From Octopus vulgaris (Eukaryota), in assembly GCA_951406725.2 (NCBI GenBank), contig OX597824.1, positions 76,136,001 to 76,200,000 on the forward strand: a stretch of DNA of 64,000 nt. Direction: 5' to 3'. The number at the start of each line of letters is the position of its first letter. Position 1 is the stretch's first letter. Positions 54,384-64,000 of the stretch are shown here, piece after piece. The notes beneath the pieces are model-generated. The model saw nothing but the letters and a program-made list of their open reading frames with translations, made no database searches and was not told the origin of the DNA. The position numbers were made by a program, and so were the translations under genes.

Positions 54384-54458
54384 GTCTACAAAAAAACATC
54401 ATACTAGAATATTTTACTTCTTAAAGTAAAATATTCTAGTATGATGTTTTTTGTAGAC
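54384..54458. repeat. Near-perfect 75-nt hairpin (35-bp stem, 4-nt loop, one A bulge)
   Basis: GTCTAC A7 CATCATACTAGAATATTTTACTT-CTTA-AAGTAAAATATTCTAGTATGATG T6 GTAGAC. Confidence 0.9.
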
Positions 54459-54561
54459 TAGCGTCTTATCCACGGAGATGATCCATTCATCATCCACTTC
54501 ATTCTCTGATATCGCAGCCAAGCATCTGTTAAGCACGATATCGCTCCATATACATTAATTT

Positions 54562-54636
<75 letters not shown>

Positions 54637-56455
54637 GACGTACACATTAGCATTCGCATACATATGATGCGTGGATATGTTTTGATAACTGTTCTGCTGT
54701 GGGCGTGTTTGCTATTCAAGCTTCATCTGTCATCAAGGAGTTAGGAGGGACTTGTCTGAAAAATATGTGGAGAAACAAAAAAAAAATAATAATAAACAAC
54801 AAAATAAAGAACAACAAAAAAAGAGAAAGTGGCGAGAAGAATGACGAGGAGGAAAAATAAAAATGAAACAAATAAAAAAAAAAGCACTAGCGACATCCAA
54901 AACAAAACAAAACAACAAAAAAAAAAATGAATCTCAGAATGACAAGAAACTACAACATCCAAAGAAAGAAAAAAACAAAGCATGGACATGATGAAATAGA
55001 GACACAAAGAAAGAGAGAAAAAAAGAAAGAAAGAAAGAAAGAAGGAAGAAATAAAGAAAGAATGGATGGAAGAAAGGGAGGAAGGAAGGAAGAGAAAGAA
55101 TGAAAGAAAGGAAGTGGGAATGGAACGAAAGAATGGAAAGACAAGAAGGAAGGAAGGAAAGAAATATACTATAACCAGAAACATACAAATGAGACGCAGA
55201 GAATGGTATGAGACCGTGGAACTTTCTAGAGAATATTTTCTATCTAACATAATAATGGAGTTTACGGTTGGCTGCGTCCATTTGGATCTTTTCAAAGATT
55301 TATTTTTCAATTTTCGAATAAACACCGCTTTTATTATCTCGGACGCTATAAAAGAATCCCAGGGTGCTTTGCATGTTTGTCTTTCGGGTATTGGAGTAAA
55401 TTTATTCAAAGCGATTTACATATCTTTTCATTTTCGTGTCCGATGTCCAAGAAAAAAAAAAAAAAAAAAAAAGAAACAAAAAAAAAAAAGAAAAAAATTT
55501 GCATAACAATAACCGTTGTTTTCCTTGCTTTACCGCCGTCTCTTCCCCAATCCGAAGAACATTCGTTTTCTTTCTCGCCTTTTTCTTTCGTTTCCTTCTT
55601 GCTGTGATAACGTAGCGTTAAATTCATAAAAATGTCATTTCCGTTTCACCTTTTATAAGTATAATATTTCGCTTTGTTTTCGTTATACGGTTTTGATCGC
55701 TTAATTAGGTTTCTTTCTTAATTTCACGTGGGTTGTTTTACGTTTTCGCTTGGTTCTGTGTGGTTTAATAGTAGTAATAACAATGATCTTACCGTTTGAT
55801 TGAAAACCCAAACAGTCTCGTACGTATCTCTCTTCTTCTTCTCTTTCTGTTCCTCCTTTTTTTTCTCGCTCCCTCCCCATCCCATTCTCCTATTTCCTTT
55901 CCTTTTCGCTTTCTTTCTCTGCCATGTGCTGCATTGTCTCAAAATGCAACACGTCTTTAAATTCCTGCAGAGTTTAAAGAAATACACACACACACACACA
56001 CGCATACACATACACACACATTGAAAGTCCCATATTATGATTATGTTTGGAACAGAATCTTTCAGGTGAAAATAATCGGTTGATAACATCACGTAGACAT
56101 TATAACAATATTCTAGAATCCACTAATTTTGATAACAATAAGCGTTCAATAATCTGTAACTATATACCGTGCGCGCTCACACGCACACACGCTCACACAG
56201 ACGGCAATGGATCTCTGGTTCAGGAGTTCAACAAGTTTCACATCTGTTATGAAAAGAGCTTAACGGAAGAACCCATAAGAGAAATTCAGAGGGGCATTCT
56301 CTTCAAGAGTAGCAACCCGTCGCCATAATTTTCATACCAACCCTTCTGATGAGTGCTGTCTTAGGTTATCACCTAAATTATGTGCGTAACCGACTGCTCA
56401 AATGGATCTTTAATACTAATACTAATTAGAATAAGTATTGATATAATCATTCTGT

Positions 56456-56718
56456 AAAGCGGCGAGCTGGCAGAACCGTTAGCACGCCGGGTGAAATGCG
56501 TAGCCGTATTTCGTCTGCCGTTACGTTCTGAGTTCAAATCCCGCCGAGGTCGACTTTGCCTTTCATCCTTTCGGGGTCGATAAATTAAGTACCAGTTACG
56601 CACTGGGGTCGATGTAATCGACTTAATCCGTTTGTCTGTCCTTGTTTGTCCCCTCTATGTTTAGCCCCTTGTGGGCAATAAAAAAATAAGAAACGTTAGC
56701 ATGCCGGGCGAAATGCTT
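56456..56718 (+). mobile_element. Full-length SINE family A followed by a partial head repeat
   Basis: Close match to 1217-1450. Confidence 0.85.
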
Positions 56719-57001
56719 TGGTCGGCCCGAGGCTATAGTAGAAGACATTTGCCCAAGGTGCCACGCAGTGGGACTGGACCCGGAACCATGTGGCTGGTAA
56801 GCAAGCTACTTACCACACAGCCACTCAAACTACTTTAGTTTTTCTGTGAAATAGAGTTCAGACTGGCATTATGAATTTTTAAATAGTATTGTTTATTAAA
56901 TAGTAGGCTCTAATTCGAGCCTACACTAAGCTACTAAGAATGTGTGTGGCAACTACAGCAAGAACTATTGCTACTACTACCACCAGCACCACTGCTGCTG
57001 T

Positions 57002-57056
<55 letters not shown>

Positions 57057-57628
57057 GTGTTGATCAAGTAGTTTCGTATTTACATCTCTGTTGGACTTGC
57101 AATTTAAGGAGCAATTTTTCTTGGATCGATATTGATATTTTGGAATATTCTGCTTCTGATAAGGCTTATATCAACATGTGATAGGGTCGTTTCATCCATA
57201 GAATGTGGGTGTCGCTTCGTTGATAGACTGTAGAGTCACTTCATTGATTACTACTGTGCATGACATATAGTGTAGGGTGGGTCACCCTTGTTTAATGTTG
57301 TATGTGAGATGGAGTATGTGGTTCACTTCAGAGTCAACTGTTGTACACGAAGCAGAGTGTAAGTTACCCTATTTTTTGAGGTTGTTCGTTGGAAGGCTAC
57401 TATGTTGCGTTTTGTCTGTGTTGTTCATTTAGCATTGAAGACTTTCAGTCAATGAAACAAGTTTCTTATTCTAAAGAATTGAGCCCGAGGCAGGGGTGCT
57501 ATGTAATGACGATAACAGCTAACCTTTGTTGTGATCCTAGTCTAAATATTTGCAACACATCAAACTCCTTGAAAAGCATCCATTAGCTAGGAGATTCTTA
57601 CTCTGAGATCCCCTTTGGTCACGACACA

Positions 57629-57940
57629 GACCATGGGATTGCACCTAGAAAGTTACCCTCCCAGGCACAACTCCGGGCAAGGTTGTTTATGGAAGACCAG
57701 CAGTCGCCCATGCATACCGGCTTCCCCTCTCCATGCCACTGATGTTATCCAAGGGAAAGGCAAGGGCCGATACAGTTTGGCACCTGTGACGTCGCAACTC
57801 ATTTCTACAGCTGAGTGAACTGGAGCAACGTGAAATAAAGTGTTTTGCTCAAGAACACAACACGCAGCCCGGTCCGGGATTCGAGCTCACAACCTCACGA
57901 TCGTAAGCTCGACGCTCTAACCACCGAGCCATGTGCCTTC
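57629..57940 (-). mobile_element. Full-length SINE family C
   Basis: Reverse complement of 5486-5787 with an intact head. Confidence 0.8.
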
Positions 57941-58754
57941 ATATGTAAGAGATACTTACTACTAAACCGATTACAAGATATCTCCCACAACGCAAAAAAG
58001 GAAGAACCAGACGAAGCCTTTACATAATCGTTAGATTCGCCAAAGGCAGTACCTCGGGCACGCTGACCTGTATTCGAACAACAATACTTCAACAGACTAT
58101 GGGGATGTGTGCTAAAATTATTGATTTTTTTTTCACAACTGCATCGATTCTTGTTTTGAGATTCGCCTGTGCCTGATATTTTCGTGTTATATGATTTTAT
58201 GATTTGCATAATATATTGTCGTTAGCTATAACTCGCTTCCACGATGTTTGATGAATACCTGGTGATGTTTATGGTCTTCGGAAAAAAATTATTTCTGGTA
58301 TATGAGGGAAAAGATTTTTCATATAAATGTCAACAGGAGATTAACTAAATTATGCTCACCTTCCTAAATATGTCAGTTCTAAGAAATGAATTAAGCTAGC
58401 TCAGTATCAATAATCGTGTCTAATATACGTACAAAGATGGAAATCTCGGGAAAGGGAACAAGCGATTGAATCGAAGCGAACACATGACTTTATTTTATCA
58501 ACTCCGGAGGGACGAAAATCAGAATTAATCACCGCAGGATTAGAACTCAGAACGCGAAAAAAAAAAAAAAAAAAAGAAAAAGGCAGAAAAATACCACCAG
58601 GTATTTTTTCCGACACGCTAAGATTCTAACTCACCGCGCTCTCCTAATTGTTTCTAGATTTTGGCACGAGGCCAGCAATTTTGGTGGAGAACTGGTTAGT
58701 CGATGCAATTGATCTAGAAATTATTAGTAACGGAAGTTGTTCTTATTTGTTCCT

Positions 58755-59037
58755 TCGCGAGGCACGTCTGGCTCATAGGGCCAGTTTCCAGGTTTCCTTG
58801 GCGTATAGGTTCCCTACCTGGACGGGACGCCGGTCCGTCGCAGGTGAGCTACAAGATGCAGGAGGAAAGAGTGAGAGAAAGTTGTGGCGAAAGAGTCAGC
58901 AGAGGTTCGCCATTACCTTCTGCCGGAGCCGCATGGAGCTTAGGTGTTACGCTCATAAACTCACAGACATCGCCCGGTCTGAAATTCGAACCCGCGATCC
59001 CTCGACCGCTGCTCTAACCACTAGGCCATGTGCCTCC
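58755..59037 (-). mobile_element. tRNA-Arg SINE (same subfamily as 38592-38895)
   Basis: Direct similarity to 38592-38895. Confidence 0.8.
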
Positions 59038-59635
59038 ACAACGGAAGAAGTATTAATACTAAAGCGTAATCTTTATATATAATGAAGACACGCGACTTAG
59101 TGGTTAGGGTGTTCGGCTTACGATCTTAAGGTTGTGAGTTCAAATCCCGCCACACGTTGTGTCCTTGAGCAAAACACTTTATTCCACGTTGCTCCAGTCC
59201 ACTCAGCTGGCAAAAATGAGAAGTACCTGTATTTCAAAGGGGCCGATCTTATCAAACTTTGTTTCATGCTAACTCTCCCTGAGAACTACATTAAGTGTAC
59301 ACGTGTTTGTGGAGTGCTCATTCACATTAATTTCACCAGCGGACTGTTCCTTTGATCGGATCAACTGAAACACTCGTCATCGTAATCGACGGTGTGCCAG
59401 TAAAAAAAAAATCTTTATATCCAATATTAACATGTATGTGTTTTTAAAACCACGAATTGATCCAAAGTTTGACTGGAGTTAATGGTATCGACTACTTTTC
59501 ATGTTAATCGATCCCAGAGACATGAAAGGTAAAGTTGACCTTGGCAGGATTTGAACTAAAAAAAAAATGCATTTTTCTGACGCTCTAAAAATTCTGTTAA
59601 TCCATCAGCATTTTTTAAAATATCTTTCTTGAGCC

Positions 59636-60172
59636 AAAGCGGTGAGCTGGCAGAAACGTTAGCATGCCGGGTGAAATGCTTAGCAGTATTTCGTCTGTCT
59701 TTATGCTCTGAGTTCAAATTCCGCCGAGGTCGACTTTGCCTTTCATCCTTTCGGGGACGATAAATTAAGTACCATTTGCGTACTGGGGTCGATCTAATCT
59801 ACTGACCCCTCCCCAAAATTTTGGGCCTTGTGCATAGAGTAGAAAATAATATCTTTCTTGAACCAAGGCGGCGAGCTGGCAGAAACGTTAGCACGCCGGG
59901 CGAAATGCTTAGCAATATTTCGTTTGCCGTTACGTTCTGAGTTCAAATTCCGCCGAGGTCGACTTTGCCTTTCATCCTTTTGGGGTCGATAAATTAAGTA
60001 CCAGTTACGCACTGGGGTTGATATAATCAACTTAATCCGTTTGTCTGTCCATGTTTGTCCCCTCTGTGTTTGGCACCTTGTGGGCAATAAAGAAATAAGA
60101 AACGCACTGGGGTCGATGTAATCAACAGGCCCCCACAAAAAAATTTCTGGCATTCTGCTTAGTGTAGGAAAG
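59636..60172 (+). mobile_element. Two head-to-tail SINE family A copies
   Basis: Heads at ~59637 and ~59866; separated and flanked by AATATCTTTCTTGA(G/A)CC. Confidence 0.85.
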
Positions 60173-60914
60173 AATATCTTTCTTGAGCCCTAAGTCACAT
60201 AAGACCTGTCACCAGGCTTCCATGGTGTATAAGTAAGTGAGATCACAACATTCCCTATGAACAGGACTTCGGTTTGTTGTAGGATTCAACACCAGAAATT
60301 TTGAGGGGAAGGGGAAAAGTCGATAACGTCAAGCCTAGTGTTTGCCTGGCGCTTTATTTTATTGGTTCCGAAGGGATGAAAGGTTAAGGTGACCTCGGCG
60401 GTTTTAGAACTCAGCACGTAAAGAACTGGACAAAATACCACTAAACATTTTCCCGTCGTTCTAACAATTCTTCTGGCTCGCCGCCTTAAACTACAACTCT
60501 TGCTCAAGGGCGAAATATTATTATTGTTAATACCGGAAAATATTCTTTTCTACTCTAGGCAAAAGGCCCAAAATTTCTAGATCAATTACATCGACTAACC
60601 AGTTCTTCACCAAAATTGCTGGCCTCGTACCAAAAATTAGATCGATCTCAGTACGCAACTGGTATTTAATTTATCGACCCCGAAAGGATGAAAGGTAAAG
60701 TCCACCTCGGCGTAATTTGAACTCAGAACGCAGGGGTCCCAGACGGACAGACAGAATTTCGCTTCTATTATAAATAACAACTGATGATTTCTAGTTGGAC
60801 ATGAATCAGCACAAAGACTAAAAGAAGTATAGTGATGCTAATAATTGCTAAATATACAATATTTTTTCAAGATATCGGTCTAAATAAGCTTTTCTTATAT
60901 TGGCAGAAGGTCAG

Positions 60915-61145
60915 CAACGTCAGAAAACAACACAGCTCCCATGACTTTCGGAAACATTTTTTTCATGCTCAGAGTTGCTGAAGCATGGAATAAACTGCCT
61001 GCGTCAGTTGTTGACTGCCATTACACTGCATCCTTTAAGGCCCTCATGCTTTCCGAAATCCGCCGAAACTACACCTGATTATATATACACTTTAGATGAG
61101 TTGTAATGCACCTGAGCACTGTACACAATTATTATTATTATTATT
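60915..61145 (+). mobile_element. 3' end of a CR1/L2-type LINE
   Basis: RKQHSSHDFRKHFF..RVAEAWNKLPASVV..SFK, then a short UTR and an (ATT)n tail. Confidence 0.75.
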
Positions 61146-61661
61146 CAATTACATCTACACCAGTGCTCAACAGATACTTATTTTATCGACCCCGAAAAGA
61201 TGAAAAGCAAAGTCGGCCTCGGTGAAATTAGAATTCAGATCGTAAAGAGAACGAAATGCCGCTAAACATTTTTCCCGGCGTGCTAACGATCCTACCACTT
61301 CGATGGTTTAATCTTTTCCTGTATTAACAATAATAATCTTTCACAGTGCACGTTCATGTCGAGTAAAGGGAGATAACTATACTATTTCACTTCCATTTCA
61401 ATACATTAAAGATTTCTGTCTGTTTTTCCCTCTTGAATGTAATTTTCTCTCACTCATTTTCTGTTTGTATTTGCTTCTCTCTCTCTCCCTCTCTCTCTCT
61501 CTCTGTCTCTGTCTGTCTGCCTCTCTGTCTATCTATCTGTCTGTCTGTATGTCTGTCTCTCTCTGTCTCTCCCTCCGTCTCCCTCTCTGTGTGTCTCTGT
61601 CTATCTGTTTGTCTGTCTGTCTCTCTCTCTCTCTCTGCCTTACTCTCTCTGTGTCTGTCTA

Positions 61662-61704
<43 letters not shown>

Positions 61705-61789
61705 CTCTGTCTGTCTTTCTCTCTCTCTCCGTCTCCCTCTCTGTGTGTCTCTGTCTATCTGTCTTTCTCCCTCTCTCTCTCCGCCTAAC

Positions 61790-61867
<78 letters not shown>

Positions 61868-62316
61868 CCTCTCTCCGTCTAACTCTCTATTTCTGTTTCT
61901 GTCTGTCTCCCTCTCTCACTCAGTCTCCTTCTCTCTTTCCCATCAAAACCCCTCTTTATACTCTTTGTTTCTATATTATTGTTTAATATATAATTTGTAG
62001 GGAGTGAACTGATTACACCAACTCCTCCCAGTATTTGCTGTTATTTTATTTTATCAACTCAGCAAAACTGGCTTGATAAATAAAGTTTTATGATCAAAAT
62101 CAACCGTGATCGAAAAGGTTTATGATCAAAGACATGCAAACCATGACTACCGTGTTATCTAGAATGTCATTTTGTATTACGAAGCATATCCATCTTTATT
62201 TTGGACAATACAATACAATTTGAGGGTTGTGCTAAACGGTTGTGCCAAAACGTGTCACACTCAGTGGGAAAGATCTTTGCATGAATATTACTGAATGCGT
62301 TATTCACAGTAGTAGT

Positions 62317-62700
62317 GGAGGCGCAATGGCCCAGTGGTTAGGGCAGCGGACTCGCGGTCATAGGATCGCGGTTTCGATTCCCAGACCGAGCGTTGTGAGT
62401 GTTTATTGAGCGAAAACACCTAAAAGCTCCACGAGGCTCCGGCAGGGGATGGTGGTGATCCCTGCTGTACTCTTTCACCACAACTTTCTCTCACTCTTAC
62501 TTCCTGTTTCTGTTGTACCTGTATTTCAAGGGGCCGGCCTTGTTACTCTCTGTGTCACGCTGAATATTCCCGAGAACTACGTTAATGGTGCACGTGTCTG
62601 TGGAGTGCTCAGCCACTTACACGTTAATTTCACGAGCAGGCTGTTCCGTTGATTCGGATCAACCGGAACCCTCATCGTCGTAACCGACGGAGTGCTTCCA
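62317..62700 (+). mobile_element. Full-length SINE family B (tRNA-Arg-like head)
   Basis: A box TGGCCCAGTGG, B box GGTTTCGATTCCC, TCG anticodon arm; TSD ACAGTAGT on both sides. Confidence 0.9.
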
Positions 62701-63039
62701 TTGACAGTAGTTCAAGAAAATCTATTTGGACTTCAAGGAAGGGGAAAAATAAAAATAAAAACGCTAAAGGTATGATCTGCCTCTGACAGATTCAGAAGAT
62801 ATGTGAGAAAATGGATGCGTAATTGTATGCGGTTTTCGTTGATTTTCCAAATGCGTTCGGACAAAGTGAGACGGTCGTGCTTGTAGCTGATACTCAGAAG
62901 ATTTGAATACATGCAAAAGTTGGCCCTTTTGATGGGCTCTACACATTTTGATGCTACGGTGGTTATTCAAGTGATGTTAGGTGTCATGTCAGCTACGACG
63001 TTATTATCACTATATTTATCGTGGATAGGAGACATTTTT

Positions 63040-63318
63040 GCATGGTCATTTTGGCGGCACCTATTTGGCATTGTCATTTTGGCGGCACCTATTTGGCATT
63101 GTCATTTTGGCGGCACCTATTTGGCATGTCGTTTTGGCGGCACCTATTTGGCATTGTCATTTTGGCGGCACCTATTTGGCATGGTCGTTTTGGCGGCATC
63201 TATTTGGCATGGTCGTTTTGGCGGCACCTATTTGGCATTGTCATTTTGGCGGTACCTATTTGGCATTGTCATTTTGGCGGCACCTATTTGGCATGGTCGT
63301 TTTGGCGGCACCTATTTG
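63040..63318. repeat. 28-bp minisatellite (GGCATTGTCATTTTGGCGGCACCTATTT)n, about 10 copies
   Basis: CTATTT at 63061 and 63089 (period 28). Confidence 0.93.
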
Positions 63319-64000
63319 CCCTCTCCTTTCACGGTATTCCCCACTCTTTCCCCCTCTCTCTCTTTTTGTGGTTTATGTGTGTAAGCAAGTTTTTTCAATA
63401 TATATGATGAGTGGGAGAATGTTTATGTCAACCGTGTTGAATCAATTACTTGTAATGCCCTTCTCTCCTCTTTTTCTCACTCTTCTGATCTGTATATGTA
63501 TATCTTTGCGCGCGCGACGTGTTTGTGTTTGCCTCCAGTTTCAAGAAGTACTGTCGCCGAACCACATTGAAAATCTCATTCCGATTTGTCGACGAGGTAT
63601 TTAGCAAATCAACAGAAATTGTCCAAGGCGTCGCACTTCAAAGTTAAAACAGAGATCGTATATATTTTTAGTGAAAGAAATATCATTTGCGGATGGGCTA
63701 TATCGTTGTTCCGATGATATAATGCATGCACTAAATAACAGAATTTAAGACATACATTATACAGTGTAGTCATTAAGTCGTTTTCTTTCAGCAATCCTGC
63801 CGGCTCATCGCCTTAAAGTACTGCTAATATTACCAACCATCTAAAGCAATGAGCGAGCATTTCAGGCAAAATGTTTAGCAGTATTTTGTCCGTCTTTACG
63901 TTCTGAGTTCAAATTCCACCGAGGTCGACTTTGCCTTTCATCGGGGGTGATAAAATAAGTATCATTCAACTACTGGGGTTTGAGGTAATCGACTTTCCCC

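Noticed and set aside
55066-55506. 146-aa ORF as a host exon
   Set aside because: Both ends are purine-rich or poly-A low complexity, and the middle has no recognisable domain or supported splice structure.
62317-62390. tRNA-Arg gene
   Set aside because: No proper acceptor stem or terminator; continues into a SINE body with a TSD and is multicopy.

Overview
Repeat-saturated, AT-rich eukaryotic nuclear DNA, most likely from an octopus. This is inferred from a mollusc-type mitochondrial atp6 insertion, tRNA-Arg-derived SINEs resembling the octopus OR families, and extreme microsatellite density. I found no host protein-coding exon; almost all ORFs in the track are translations of (TA)n/(CA)n/(TATG)n/(TATC)n tracts or satellites. 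Recognisable content: a 5'-truncated CR1/L2-group LINE (8.6-11.0 kb), Tx1-like fragments, an R4/Dong-like RLE LINE 3' end, a decayed mariner, dozens of SINEs, MITE/fold-back elements, 19-, 28-, 108- and 184-bp tandem repeats, and an atp6 NUMT. The most interesting signal is two sequence-divergent, non-coding ~490-bp elements sitting in (TA)n tracts (3.4-4.4 kb and 41.5-42.0 kb). Together they carry three type I hammerhead ribozyme folds with a palindromic stem III and an unusually long (~70 nt) stem II, suggesting a Penelope-pLTR/retrozyme-like family. All structures were read by eye, and family names come from memory without database checks.
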